Below, one piece after another: positions 1-14,700 of a DNA stretch of 64,000 bases (position 1 is its first letter; each line of letters begins with the position of its first letter). The stretch covers positions 248,001 through 312,000 of the forward strand of contig JAQGDQ010000162.1 in the NCBI GenBank assembly GCA_030141605.1, given 5' to 3'. The notes below the pieces were generated by a model. The model saw only the letters and a program-made list of their open reading frames with translations. It was not told where the DNA came from and did not search any database. The translations under genes were made by a program, and so were the position numbers. The stretch comes from Tubiluchus corallicola (taxonomy: Eukaryota; Animalia; Priapulida).

Positions 1-510
1 CAATTTCATTTGGATAATTAACTTCTTGGTACAGAACTCATAGAACTGCACAGCAGGAGGGAATGTTTAAATTTTAAATTCTCTAACAATGGATATCCTA
101 TTACAAGTAATGCCTGCATTTTCATTGTTGGAACCGAGTAGAAATATTAGGCTCGGATAACAAACAATGTGAGTAATTTCTTGGGTACCCGGGTACCCAA
201 TGCAAACCTTATTCATAGTGATGTTATGCATCATTTTTAATTCTTTCAGCTAGTAGATTTGCGCAATACTGTATACAATATGTGTGTTTATGTTTAACTT
301 AGTAACCTCTAATTCGGTTTAAGCTAGTGCTTCTAACGGCTTGTTATAATCATTATCTTATAAATTTTTTTATAGAAGAGATTATTGTACAATGCATTTG
401 AAGTCGTGAAGTGCGATATAGTTTGTTTTATCAATAATAAAGTCATAGTAGTAAAAGTCAAGTGTGGTGACTGTGGCTTACAGTACTAAAAAGCCAAGTG
501 CGGTGGCTGT

Positions 511-758
511 CAGGGGCGCCGGATCCACGGTTGCAGCGGCCCCCTTTGCCCTTTCCCAAGGGGGGGTCAACTCCGGAGCAGAACTTTGCCGTTTTGATGG
601 AGAAATGTGTGGTTATCCCTGATTACCCTAAAGAGTTTATGTGAACTTGTAAACGGTCCAGTATTGATAAACCCACATTACATACACATGCTTGTGCTCA
701 AAATGTTCCCTTTTCGTAAATGCTGCTCTCCATCTGTAATTTGCTGCCGGTGCCCCTG
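511..758. mobile_element. Non-autonomous hAT-type MITE
   Basis: Terminal inverted repeats CAGGGGCGCCGG...CCGGTGCCCCTG; flanks GTGGCTGT/CTGGCTGT (7/8 match, 8-bp TSD typical of hAT). Confidence 0.7.
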
Positions 759-1166
759 CTGGCTGTTTTTTTCAGTAAATCATTTAATAATGTAAAAAGG
801 GCATCAGTATGTAAAAACAGTGGTTCAGTAAAGTATGTGTAACTCACACTAGTATAGCTCGAATTCTTGTTTATTTCAAACAGATTTCATTGGACAGATT
901 TTTCCCTTTCTTTTTTCCTATTAATAAACATCGTATAACTCGAAATCTGTAATTTGAATTATCACGTAGCTCAAACCAAATTCCCAATACAATTCTTAAG
1001 ACTTTGATTGAATTTGCCTCGCCTATTTCAAACAACCTCTCAAGTGAGAAGTGTGTGTAGTGTGCATAACATCAGGATTTTAGCTGCCAGTTTCAGCAAG
1101 AATGCTAAGATTTCTTGTGTTTCCTTAGCAGAAGGGTGCACACAAGATGGCTTAACATGGTTTAAT

Positions 1167-2398
1167 GTAGGCGCCGCTTAATAGACTCATTTTGGGACGG
1201 AAATGTTTTGATCCAATTAACCGACTGAACCTATTAACCAATGGGTGTAGTAGTACTGGTATGAGTCATCAGCTTACTATGCACTGCAAAGCTTTTTAAT
1301 CAATTTTAGAAATGAAGTAATGCCTAAAGTCCTTTGTGCAGCTAAAAATTAGCAAAAATATTTTAAAATATTAATGTATATAAATGAATTAGCAATAAAT
1401 TAAAAAGTATACTTGTCTAAATCACACAAGTCTGTTTATTTGCAAAAATTACAAAAATTCCTTTCAAGTCGTCTTTTTCATTTTATCGCGAAGAAATTAG
1501 CTCACAAAGTTCGCATAATGATAAAAACGTTTGAAAACCTGTTGTTGTGTGAGGCACAAATTCTCATAAAATACTTAGTGCTTCATGTGCTTCAAGTGTT
1601 GGTGGTGCCCGTGTTTCTTCGCAAGTAGCTTCGTCTGTTGTTTCGCCTAAGCTGCTGCTTGCTACCATTGTGACATATTTTCTGTACTGCACCTGTGTCC
1701 CTGGCATAACTGCGACATCTCACTTCTGGGATTACGAGATTAATTACAGTGGTCGGACCGGTAAAAGCAAACCATTAGGCTACGATATTAGCGTATGATA
1801 AACGTTCCTGCTTACAACAAAACAGTGCTTAACATGATTGTGTCTATGTGTATTAGATGACAAAAGCGAACTAAGATGATATAAAAGTCATAAAAGTTTA
1901 TTAGTCATACGAAAGTGTCTTATTGAAGCAAAAATATAGTCAATTATGCGGAGTTATTTGAGTCAATTACTGACAGTCTTTATGTACATTTGAATAGAAG
2001 CAGGCCTGGTACTAGTCAATTATGCGGAGTTATTTGAGTCAATTACTGACAGTCTTTATGTACATTTGAATAGAAGCAGGCCTGGTACTAGTCGATTATG
2101 CGGAGTTATTTGAGTCAATTACTGACAGTCTTTATGTACATTTGAATAGAAGCAGGCCTGGTACTAGTCAATTATGCGGAGTTATTTGAGTCAATTACTG
2201 ACAGTCTTTATGTACATTTGAATAGAAGCAGGCCTGGTACTAGTCAATTATGCGGAGTTATTTGAGTCAATTACTGACAGTCTTTATGTACATTTGAATA
2301 GAAGCAGCCTGTACCAGGCCTTTTTGAGTCAATTAAGCGATTGGGTCTATTAGCAGGTTCTATTCTATTCTCCGTGAGTTTATTAAGCGGCACCTACT
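1167..2398. mobile_element. Non-autonomous pogo/Tigger-like DNA element, copy 1
   Basis: TIRs GTAGGCGCCGCTTAATAGACTCA / TGAGTTTATTAAGCGGCACCTAC. The first ~390 bp align with the reverse complement of ~12040-12439. Confidence 0.75.
1937..2310. repeat. 76-bp tandem repeat, about 5 near-identical copies
   Basis: Unit TAGTCAATTATGCGGAGTTATTTGAGTCAATTACTGACAG...GGCCTGGTAC starts at 1937, 2013, 2089, 2165 and 2241. Confidence 0.95.
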
Positions 2399-2810
2399 CA
2401 GACTGCAATAAAGGTAGACCAGTTATTTTTTTAGATTATTCATTTAGATTTTTTAGATTGTTGTTTGTTATTTGATTAATGGCTGAATTTGTCATTTTCA
2501 CTCAGTCATGTTTTCTTATGAACATTGTCTAACTCGGACTTTTGCAAAACTCGGAACAAATTTTCCGGTCCTGAGGTATTCGAGTTATACGTGGTTTACT
2601 GTATTTTACACTAATGCCAGACTGCCAGTGTCATTAGCTAATGTTCACTAAATAAGGAAGGCCAGTTTTTCTGAATATGCAAAAGGCATACGCACAGTGT
2701 GCATGTACACTACAGTGCATTTTTGAGGTCATAATGTGAGAAGAGAATGAACATTGAGAATGAGACTTGTTAGAGAATTCATGTTAATTGTTAATGTATT
2801 GTAATTGCAG

Positions 2811-3387
2811 ATACTGTTACATCTGTGAGCAGAATTCTCCGCCGAGGTCCCATCACTGTCCAATGTGTAATGTGTGCATCTTGCGTCGTGATCATCACTG
2901 CCCGTGGTCTGGATATTGCATAGGTTACAGCAACACTCGCTATTACATCGCAATGCTATTCTACATTGCCATCGGTGCTTTGTATGCAAACATTTTGAAC
3001 ATCGACTACGTTATAGAAGAACTGGGCGGGTTTAATTTTCGGAACATATTCATGATGATCCTGCCTTTTTTCGCCTGGCTGTTGGGGTGGTGCCGTGGAT
3101 GGACACTGTTTGTGGCCTTCGTGTCGGCCGGAACGATTTCAGGAATGTTGTACGACTGGTTTCTCCTGGCCTTCCATATTAATTTGACCATGAACGGTCA
3201 AACGACCCATGAGTTTGGAAAGGGGAATAGGCGTTATGACATCGGATTAAGAAAAAATTTTTCCGAAGTGCTGGGTCGGAACTGGCACATTGCCTGGCTG
3301 TTCCCTCTACTGCCTTCACCTTTGCCAGGCAGTGGTCTAGAGTTTACGACAAAAGACTTGCCAACAGAAGTATCAAAGACTATGTAA
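2811..3387 (+). CDS. DHHC palmitoyltransferase (ZDHHC24/22-like), last coding exon; upstream exons not identified in window
   Basis: Acceptor TTGCAG ends at 2810. CYICEQNSPPRSHHCPMCNVCILRRDHHCPW (DHHC Cys-rich domain), two hydrophobic helices, TTHE (TTxE) motif, NF.EVLG.NW..AWLFP..PSPLPG.G C-terminal motif, TAA at 3385-3387. Confidence 0.92.
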
Positions 3388-6289
3388 CTAGTCAGCTTTT
3401 ATTTTACAAATATTCATTTTATCTGGAAATTCCTTTTATGGAATTTTCATTCCAGCACTCACATCTTTTCATCCTCCATAAATGCAAACAAAATTTTTAA
3501 TTTTGTACAGGATCGTTATTTGCAATTTTGTGTTAAAGAAAAATAGTAGCCAATTTGAAACCATCGTTGAAAATGACCTATATGGTTTAAAATGTCTGAA
3601 AATGGAACTACTTTGTTTGTAAAATGATTTAGAGAATTGGTTCATTAGAAGGCTTATGATTTCCCAATGTTACACACGCCCATTTGTACTTAAAGGGAAC
3701 AAGACCTAATTTTAAACTAACTCAAATTAATCAAACATAAAAATATTGAGAGAACATAATTATTTTATAATCAGTTTGCTTGTTTTTTATCTTGGAGACA
3801 TTTTTGGTGAGATTGCATGATGACACAGTGGCAAACTTGAAATTTAAGTTTTTAAACAGAAATTTGTCCAGTTTTTGTATGTCACTGTTATTAGTGCACA
3901 GTAGTGCTGTAATTTTTGCAAACACGTTTAACATGCTTGTGGAATGTTCGGTTGTGATGTGTTCAGTTGTGATGCTGAAGCAATGTCACACAGCCATGTT
4001 TTAATTCCTCTTTCGCAAATATGAGCTACGGAAGATTCCTTTTGTGGGAAGAATATACTCAAATATCATTACTAAGTGCCCATGCTGTCCATTAAGAAAT
4101 GCATGAGCACCTTTTACTTCAATAATTTTGTACTACATGCTTGTTCATTAATTTTATTAGGCGGTGACATCAACATGGTAGAGTCATAATAATAATTACA
4201 ATGTGATGCCATCTCTTAAGAACAAAGAAGAGCTTTATGAGCCCGTATTTTTTGATAATTAAATTGGTAGGTTGATGACGTACCGAAATTTTTAATCGTC
4301 GAAGTTCTCTTGGGCATTGATAATTAAATTTTGCATTAAAGGTCACAAAACTAGCTTGTTTGTGTAATAAAATTACCTTAGGTGATTATACTCGTAAGCA
4401 TGATATCTTAGGTAGAAGAATTAGTGCTTTATACTTTGTTGCAAGTAGCATTGAAGAGATAAGATATTTTGAGAATTCATTCTAGTCTGTGTTACAGCCT
4501 TGCAAGTCCTTTTTTTCTTGAAACTGAGGGACATTTTTCTGATCACACGTAGGTTCCGCTATGAACTATCACCATTTTTTTGTTTTAAGTGAACTTGAAA
4601 TTAAGCCAAATTTGGTCTCGTATAGTAGTGAGGCTGCTGTGTTGTCGTGCACATTTGAGTAACTTCTCTGATTGTGTGACTTTTTAAATTGGTACTTGCA
4701 AATTTTCAGCTGCTAAGACACGAGGAAGAATTTGTGGGCTACTTGCACACGGCCCTGATACACAATTTTATATTTCTTTCACTGCATTCTTGAGTTTTTT
4801 TACTATACAGAAAAGGTTCTGCAGCTAACGTTGTGTTTGATTAATTCAGTGCGATGTTAATGAAATTTATAAATGCACTGCTTCAGATATTAAAAGTATT
4901 TACACATTTTATTTCATATTTTCCCTACAACAAGACTAGTCATCAAGTTTGCAGGCATGGTTTTTTGAACAACTTTTAAATAATATACATGATTTCTGTA
5001 TATGTACAGTTAGTATTATTAACATACTATAATCGATTTACTTATCTTTTATGAGAACTGTCGTAGCAATACGGATAAACTGTAGTCTGCATGCCACAGT
5101 GACACCTTCATTTGCTGACAACTCTAGTTAAATTAGGGTTAAACGTTTCACACAGCACTTATTAATAGAATTTTTATAAAACTATTCGTAATTACACGAA
5201 AATCAGCAATATTTTTTCATACATTTACCTTTTATGTCGTGTTGTAGAAAGAAATTTATAGTTACACACCTGGTTGCAACTTTACGATTTACACATGCGG
5301 TTTAAATCTTGAATTTTAATAAATTCTCAAAAAAGATTACGGTTATGTTAACGTGTCATGGTTAATATTTTATCTCTTTATACAGTGTGAAAATAAACTC
5401 AACTATTCTCGACATACATTTACAGTTTTAACTTGCTTGTTTGAAACACTTGGTATATTATCCTAACAAATTCATTGCCTTCCATATACTCATTCACAAT
5501 GGGTAAGTTCTTTACTAACTTAATTACCTGTCGCTAGTCCTACAGGCAAGTTTTAAGTGACAAAGTTAATTTTGATAGTTATGTTTTACTCAAAGCAATC
5601 ATTGACAGCATTTTTGTAATTACCAAATACTTTTATAACAAATATCATGCAGGAATTTTTTCAGCAAACTTAGCTAATACTAATAACATGATACAAATTG
5701 AATATATTTTGACATTTAGGCAAAGAACAAATTCTTAATTTTCTTTTAACAAATAACTACATATCACCAAAAGATACTATGTAAACTATTAACAAACTAT
5801 GCCGCTGTTAATGAATATGCACCGGGTTGTGAGTGGAAGCCAAAGTGGAGGCAAAAATGGGATACAAATTGTTAACGAAGCCAAGCGACTGTTCAGAGGA
5901 ATTTTTTGCACAAGAAATGAGAATCATTTCGGGAAAGAAAAATGCGAAAAATAAACATGAAACTATTGGTAATATTAAGCACATTAAAAACCAAATGAAA
6001 CTAAGAAGACTGGATTTTTTTACTGTAAGGAGTAGTCAAGGGGGAGCAAGCACATAAACAAAGGCACCGTCACACTACCAAACAATTTGTAATGCAATGA
6101 TTATACATTTTAATTTTATGTTTAAAATCAAAACGTGACGAAGATAGGGTTTTAAAGAAATTATGTAATTGTTACTTTGCAATTAAAGTTAAAACACAGC
6201 AAATTTTACAGTAAACTCATAATAATTATATTTGGGGCAATTCGAGCCTTTGTCAGTCAGTCAGCCTTGAGAAATGGATTGCGTAAATG

Positions 6290-6425
6290 CACGCTCACAT
6301 TCAAAAACACGGGAGACAGGTTGGTCAAATAAACCAATAACTCCATTGTTAAAATGGTGCCAATTTTGAAAAATGTGCTGGGGGAAGCAGTTGCTTCCCT
6401 TGCTCCACTATTAGCAACGCCACTG
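6290..6425. mobile_element. hAT-type MITE 3' portion (same family as 52419-52732)
   Basis: Shares CACGGGAG.CAGGTTGGTCAAATAAA and CCAATTTTGAAAAA...GCAGTTGCT..CCTTGCTCC...TATTAGC.A.GCCACT with 52600-52732. Confidence 0.6.
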
Positions 6426-8794
6426 GGAACAGCACACATAGCAAAAAAGGCTTCAGCATATTGACATGAGAAGCCTAAAATAATTTCATATTAAGAAACA
6501 CAATAACTCTGTAACTTATTTATTTTGGTTAAGCATCTTCTGCACATAAAAACTTGTTAAGTAAAGATACCATGCAGTTAAAAAGACGGACCAAAAATTA
6601 ACATTACTTGTGCAGCCAGCACAACTGCACAACAGCAAATAACAGCCGACACTATATTTCTTTCTCCATGGCTTCACTGACATGAATGCTCAAACATCTG
6701 GCAAAACTAACTGTTAGGCATAATTTAAAAGAGCGGCATAATAAGAATAAATAATCCATAAGGCGAGAACAATGTACATTTAATCGTTTTCAAGAAAAAA
6801 TATTAGCATTAAAATTCAACTTCATAGTTTACTAACTACAACTATAAAAATATTTTACAAATATACAAAAAATCAACAAAACACCATTTACAAAAATGTA
6901 CAAGGTCATTTATATTCTAAACGTATCTACGATATGGGTGTTGGCTAACAAAACAAATGCAACTTCAGGCAAACCTGTGAAACAATCATGTTTTTACATC
7001 TACGAAATGTGAAAAAGCACAAAGTATTGCCACACCTTTCGCTAATGATTCGCTTTGAAAAACTACGTATATATTATTACATTGCCTGTGTAAAAGCGTG
7101 CATTGCAGTATGCGCAGTCTGCGAGCCAACACTTCATTTTAATTTCACATGGTTACGGCCAAGTGGCTTAAAAAACTGCCAACAATAAAATAGTGTAGAA
7201 TTTATAACACCATTTTGGTTCCAGTGCATTTTCCGTGTATCTCTGACACAACAGAATTTTATTAGATGAATAACAGCCAACATTTTGCAATCTCAATTCA
7301 CATTCTATAACAATCACCAATCTTGTTGATTTTTGAAAGCCAGGAAAACAAGGGAACATATTTCTGGACAGATCGTTGGTACTTTAGTGCAACAGGAAAT
7401 TTTAAGGGAACAGAGAGTTACAAAGTTACTACAAACACCATCGTCAAAAGCACGGAGATAATTCTTAAAGAGAAGAATTGCAACGACTAATTTAAAAAAC
7501 CCACAACAAAGAATCAAAAAGATACTATTTCTATAGCGTGGGTTTTCTTACTAAAGGAAAGGACAAGTCACTTAGCATGTTTGGTTTATTTTACTGCTAT
7601 CGCCTAAATTTAGGAAAATATAACAAATAGATTTACAAAAAATGTCTATAAAGCACAAAGTTAATTTATACTATTGCACTATAGAAATTTTCAGAAATAT
7701 AGATTTCCATCACTTGAAATTGTATGCAACTGTCAAATTCTAAATGAATGGATGTGATGAACATAATATGGAAAGGTGGATATGAATTGGATGTCTGTTC
7801 ACTAAGTTAATGAACGTGATGGACACAGTTAAAACAAAAATCACATGACAAAAACTGATTCACATGTGATATAGAGTCCATCACATTTAAACTAAAGTCC
7901 AGCTGGAGCTCAACATTAAGCTGACCATGTCAACAATTACGTAGGTGCACCAATTTACTTTAAATTATTTTGTGAATGAACGCTCGACATTACGTCCTTC
8001 ACGTTCAAATACACATGGTAAGTGGATGTAAATCATACGTTACATCTTCAATTTAGTGAGTAGGTGCTCAAAGTTATGTCCAAGAAAATGTAGGTCCATC
8101 AATTTAGTAAATGGGCATACAAAATTAGGTCCAACAAGCCCATCAAAATAGCGAATGGACTTCCATCATGTCCACCAGAATATGTCCGTCGGTTTAGTGA
8201 CAGACCCTTGAAACTACTCTAACTTGTCCAAAATTACGTTCATCAAGTCCATCAAAATAAGGAGCCCGTATGGAACTGGTGGACTTTGTGGCTTTCCGCA
8301 AGCGCGAGCTGCTTAAACTAATTCAAACTTCACCAGCTTATGTGATGTTCATGCAAAAATATGGCAGTGCACTGCTTTTCTTCAACTGGTATATGATGTC
8401 ACTGGTGGAAGAATGGCATTCAAAATGGGAGCACCCAAGTATGACATGAGCGCGACTTTATAAAGTGATTTAACTAATTACATGAGGTGCTTATCACACT
8501 TTGATTAGTAAATCCTTCCAACATTTTTTGCAAATGCTCAACTTCCCAGAAGACTTGACCCTTCGTTTAAGCATTTTGAAATGATACCTGGCAATGTAGG
8601 GAGTGTGTACAGTTAAATTATAAGACACGAACCGGAAGAGTCTGGTGCAAATCAAGCACATTACAATCACAATAAATAATGTAAGCATTGTAAGGTGTTG
8701 AAAATGTCTGGAATTGAATGAGGGCACTTGTGCACCTAACCCAACCTTCAAAACAGAATTAAATATTAATAAAAAAAAAATGCGGATACTTCTC

Positions 8795-11700
8795 CTACGT
8801 GAAAGTGATGTCGGGGAATACAGGCGACGTCTGAGCGCTGGGGCTTTCCGTCTGCTGCATGACATCAGCGAACCATGACGCGACGTCGACGGTCGCCTGC
8901 TCGTAGTGCTTGATGAAGTCATGCTGTAAAAGCTGACGATACTTCGGCCGCTTCTTGTAGTCCTTCGTTAAACTGAAAAAAAAGCTTCAGAATTTAGGAA
9001 ATGTGGAGATCTTCAAGTTTGACCAGTGTCAGCTCTAGGTAGTTTGACGCCCTATGCAAAAGTATTTTAGTGCCCTCTCCTCAACTGTCAATACCCTCTG
9101 TAAGGTCCCTCCCCATCCACTCCACCCTCAAAATTGAATTTCTGTTGTACATAATAAAGTATAATGCTACCTGTTTATTAGGCTTATACATGTATTATAA
9201 TGTACTAATTAAGTGTTGCTAATTACCTACCTACCGCTTGTGTTGAGTTCATTTGAAACTGAATTTATGACTCCATTGTACATCCTGGGTCTTCAGGAGC
9301 AATAAAAATTTCTACATGCATCACAGTGTAGGTTTTTAACTATGTTGACTTATGGACAGTTCAGTTTGCAAGCACACATTTAATGACAACTAAGGTAAAT
9401 GTTCGAAGAAAATAACACTGAAACTCACCATGTTTGTATAAAGGAGTGGAAATTCATGGAGAAACCTTGGTGTTTTGGCAGATGAGGTGGGTCCTCTTGT
9501 AAAACTTTCGTCAGCACTTCAAAGTCGTTTCTACAGTCTGTGTAGGGAAACTCGCCGGTTGCTAGCTCCACCTACACGAACAGCAAAACATTAATTTGAC
9601 TGACTAATGACATAAAACTTGGTTGAATTTGAGGGGTTTATGACACTTTTGTTTTTTGTTACTAGATGGTGCCACAAGTATGCTTTATATTATACATCAG
9701 ACATAGAAACATCTTATGACACCTGTATCACCATTTACCACATTGTTACTGAATCAACAGAAGCTAATATGCTTTTAAACATTGCCTTTTACAAGTATTA
9801 CTTGCAAATGGTAATACTTCGCATAAAAACATAATTATGTTTCAAAACAAAGGAAAGCTATTCTAAAAAAATGAAAGTATTAGTGTTTACAAGGGTAGCA
9901 AAAATTAGACTCGGCTATCTTTTACCCCGGTACCCGATTCTTAAGATTCAGTAGTTATTACCAGGCGAAAATACAAGAAAACGATTCAGTATTGGACAAG
10001 CTTATAATTTTAAATAATTATTTTTATCCACTCCTTTGCATAATTACTGTAAATAAATAGTGAAGCAATTTTATAAGCAATATGTGCCAAGTTCGATACG
10101 AATGATATTACAGGAATAATATTGATACGATAATCAATAATTATTGATACACTTTGTTAACATTGCTAGCTAAGCTATCACTTTGAACTCAAGAACCCAG
10201 CAAAATATCATCTTTGTAAACAGTAATCAGCCAATTAGCTGGCGATGTCTCCAAAATGAAATTTAGCCATGATAAAAAGGAATTAAAAAAACTTAGTTGT
10301 TTGTGTTGAAAAACGCTTAAGACGTTGAGAAATTGAGAGCTTGAATTTGAATTTCAGCATTTAGGCTCCCAATTTCTGAACGTCTTAATTGTTTTTCAAC
10401 AAGAACAATTAAGTTCTCTATAACTATCTAAGCAACCAAATCACTGAACCAAACCCAGATGAACAGCCTCGGGATTAATCCATATAAAATACAATCAATC
10501 ACTGCTCCTATGATCTATATGGGTTGATCTATATGCTTCAAAAAAGACTGAAAGTGATTAATTGATAAATCGATCAGAATAACTCAAAAACAACCAAATA
10601 ATTTTTTAATCAGTTTTAAGAAGAGAATCATTTTCATTTAAAACTCACCAGAGATATGCCTAGACTCCAAACGTCCGCACGAATGTCATAGTCAGGTCGT
10701 GTCGGATCAGGAGGATCGATCCGTTCAGGCTGCAAGAAATGCCAATTTTGAATAAAATACAAAGTAGTTTAATGAAGAGCATGAAATCACAACCCTCATC
10801 ATCGATATTACGGAGGACTTGCAAACACTCTCATGCATTAATAAGCTACAGAAATAAAATATGAAGCAAGCTCAAACTGCATTGATAAAAATCATAGGTG
10901 ACCAAAACCAAAAATGTGTTAAAAATGTGGAGTTTTAACATTAAACACATTTTTGTCATGGTAACATACATATTTTAATATGTCAACATACATCTTTCAG
11001 TACATAACACACAATAAGTTGAGACAGTTTAAAATTATTTAGGAGTCAGTAAATTATATGAGTATAGAAAATGATAATTAAATAAAAAAGTAATATACAG
11101 TAAGTGCTTGCATAACGACGCTAATGCATTCCAGCAAAATGGGATGTTAAGTGAAGCATCATTAAATGAAGCCAAGACTACCATAGAAGGTAACGTAAAA
11201 GAACTGAGATATGTCTCAGAGACAAGAATCAATGTTGCTTAAATCATATAAATTAAATGTTTTATGAGTTTTACTCATGATTCCACTGATTCATTTCTTT
11301 CTGCTTGCTTAAAACCACCTATATATCTTACTTACCTAGCTAGTGATTTCTCTTTAGTAGCCGTTTAAGTGTAGGCAGCAGTTAAACAATAAACATTGCA
11401 GCAGAGTCAAAGCCAAGCCCGGGGCAACCTTGGAAATTTTACCTAGAAACTTAGTACACACTAGTCTGGTTGCTATGACAACAGGTTGTAGGCAAAATGC
11501 CTTGGCATAAAGCTTGCTTCCAGGTCTGGCTTGACACAAATGGCTAGCATTTAGTGGTCAGCCAGGAAGCAAAAATGTATACATACAGTAAATGTCACTT
11601 AATAGACTCAAAGTTAACAGACTCAATTGCTTAATTGACTCAATATTTTTCCTTCGCCTACTTAAAATAAGATATTTGTATGTGCCCAAAGAACCTTTCC

Positions 11701-14700
11701 TACTTCCCTTTTGTGCACTATCGTGTTAAGTACCGTTTTGTTTATAAGCAGGTACGTTTATCATACACTAATACACTAACGTAGCAGTTTTGCTTTGAAT
11801 CTGTTACCCACTCGAACACTGTTACAAAAGGATATTTCTGGAAGCTAAACATTTAATCACTTGCCTAGCGGTTTCCTTTTGATGCTTTCATTGCAAATCA
11901 CACTTTCAGGCTTAATGAGTTAACAGTCAGAGATGCAGGTACAGTAATCAGCCGGTATTCCTTGTGACTCACAAGACCAAACATCGTACAGCAAATAAGG
12001 GCAATGTAAGTGAGCAGACGATTCAGAACTACATTAGTCACGTGCAATAACAGATTTTCAACATTTTTATAATTAACAGGAACTTTGTGGGCCAATTTCT
12101 TTGCAAGAAAATGAAGCAGCCGACTTTGAAGAAATTTTTGTAGTTTTTGCAAATAATCAGACTTAGAAAAGTCTGATTTAGAAAAGTATACTTTTTAATT
12201 TATTGCTAATTCACTTACACAAATTAATATTTTAAATATTTTTCTAATTTTTAACTGCACAAAGGAATTTAGGCATTACTTCATTTCTAAAATTCATTAA
12301 AAACCTTTGCAGTGCCTAGTAAGCTGATGCCTCATACTTCTATACCTGTAATACTACACCCATCAGTTAATAAGTTCAGTCCGTTAATTGGGTCAAGACA
12401 CGTAGGTCCCAAGGTGAGTCTATTAAGCAGTGCCTACTGTATTTGTATGTATAATAATAGCATTGTTTACATTACTAGTGCGTTTTCAGAACAGAATAAT
12501 GCAATATGTTGTATGCTTTAACATATCAATTTAGATAAAAAAGTTGTTGATAAAACAAAAATCGGCTTTGAGCAAAGTAAAAAAGTGTTGTTAAAATGAA
12601 ACAGTGCCTCGTTAAGTGAAAAAATGTTCAGCGTTAAAACGAAACATTGCTAAACCGTAAATCGTTAAGCAAGGACTTACTGTATGTAAACAAACGCAAA
12701 ACTAAAGACAACAATAGTAAAGTGTTTACCGCCATGTAGGCAGCACAGCCGGCACTTCGTGTTTTCGCTTTCGAGTCGACCAGACGTCCGCTGATTCCAA
12801 AATCACACAGCTTCACGGTGCCCTTCCAATCCAGCAAAATGTTAGACGGCTTCACGTCCCGGTGAATGACGCCATGTGCTTCTTTCAGATAGTTGAGTGC
12901 TTTCACAATCTGGAAACATTGATATTAAAACATGGAAAAGATGGCAATTAGCAATACGGAAAAAACCAAAAAGATGAATTGATGCAGCTGGCTTCTTGCA
13001 ATAGGGAACCCAAACACGTCTTAGACACAGAGGCATAGCAAGGTAGGGGCGACAGTGAGTGCAAAAGGAACAGGCACAAATTTCTTCCAGAGTCCAATGA
13101 CTGTTAATTACTAATGACACAAAGTGCAAAAATTTTCAAATAACAACAAAAGTGCCTATTCAGAGATGATCGTAGCTGACTTAATTGCTACATACAGCCT
13201 AGAGAAAAAGCGAATGTTGTCATTTAATGGAGTGTGTAGGGTATTGTGTGTCTTAACAGATCGATAATTTTGGGGAAAACAGTGGCATTTCTCTAAATGC
13301 CAATTGTATTATTGTGAAAACCTGTAATGTTCTGTATATAATCTTTGCATGTTGTAATGCTGGAGCTGAATGTTTAATGGCTGTCGTGTTACGCGCAGCT
13401 AACATACAAAAGAGTTATTCTGGTGCAATACTGCAAATGAAACTCAAGGTGATTCTTAGAAAAAGTTCGTTTATCTTTACCCCATCATGTTGAAAAAGGA
13501 AAGCAGTGACACAAAAAATGCACACAATTTGTGGCTTCACCCAAGAAACAAATTATAATCAAAACATTAAAAGGGTAGGGATGCCAGAAGTTTTATTTGT
13601 CCCCAGGCACCACAAGCACTTGTTTGTGCCACTGCTTAGACACTTTTTCCGGTTCAACTTTTCAGCTGGTATTACCGTTGATAATGAACTACGTGAAAGA
13701 CAGGTCACAGCCATGTTGACCACTGCTGGATGTCAATTTGCAGTGTTCCAAATTTTAAACTGTTACAGATCTTAAAAAAATTACTCTTAGTTCCGATTAA
13801 ATAATTTTGTTCTCAGGTAGTTCAAATAATCTAATAATACGACAAAAGTTACAAAATATTGAAAAAAAGTGTTCAGATGTGCTGTTCTGTATTTCATCAT
13901 TTTCATTAGAATTTCTATTTCTAATATTTCTATATTCAAAACACTAAACTGCAGTTTTTCACAGACTACATAAGTTGACGATCAACGTTTTTGTTTCACG
14001 ATGCATACATACCGCCACAGCCATTTTGCCCAAGATTTTCTCCGGTATTGGCGTCTTAAGACGTTTCATGAGCTTATCTAAACACGTCGCCATCAGTTCC
14101 ATACAAATCCATACGTCACTCTATAAACACAACAAAAACCGTGTAAAACACAAGAATGGCAAAATTCAATTCCTACCAACCACCTGCTCCGAAAAACCAC
14201 CCGGCACCTCATCTAACAGAATATCTTCTTATTTGTGAACAAGGCAAAATAAGTAACATCTACTACAGCAAGTGTACAATTAGTTAAAGGCTCACAGATC
14301 TAGTCTGTGCTTTATACTAGGCTTAGATTAGAAGCTCACATATCTTGTTGAACGGATTTTCCTTTTACCAAACATGAAATGTGTTTCATGAACATATGCA
14401 TAACTTGAAATCTGTAACTTGCATTGTTGCGAGACTCACACTCAATTTCCAGTACAATCTATGAGAATCTAACTAAAATTATCTCGCCTATCTCGAACGA
14501 CCTCCCAAGCAAGAAATTTTCTCTTCTCCTGTCTTCTTTTAAGTTTCCGAAGAGAAACTTAACCGAAAGGAAAGACGATATGAAAAATTTCAGACAAAGC
14601 CTAGATTTGAACTTGGAGACTTTGGATTACAGATCCAGCCCCGATCTTTTTATAATTAGTTTCACTTTCTTGGCTTCGATAATTTAATAACTGTGATTTT

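Larger units (their letters stand above)
923..2601. mobile_element. Probable outer pogo/Tigger-like MITE interrupted by a second element
   Basis: Left AATAAACATCGTATAACTCGAA resembles the reverse complement of the right end (TTCGAGTTATACGTGGTTTACTG, followed by TA). 930-1045 also resembles ~14395-14520. Confidence 0.45.

Noticed and set aside
1413-1628. Similar short ORFs at 1413-1628 and 11898-12152 ([21 protein letters not shown])
   Set aside because: The similarity comes from the shared MITE sequence; there are no transposase motifs and neither ORF has a real ATG start.
1937-2310. 76-bp array as a CRISPR-like locus
   Set aside because: Units are contiguous and identical with no unique spacers; eukaryotic context with no cas genes.
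8494-8922. 142-aa minus-strand ORF
   Set aside because: Alternative frame overlapping the MAP2K7 last exon and 3' UTR; the kinase frame ends at 8795.
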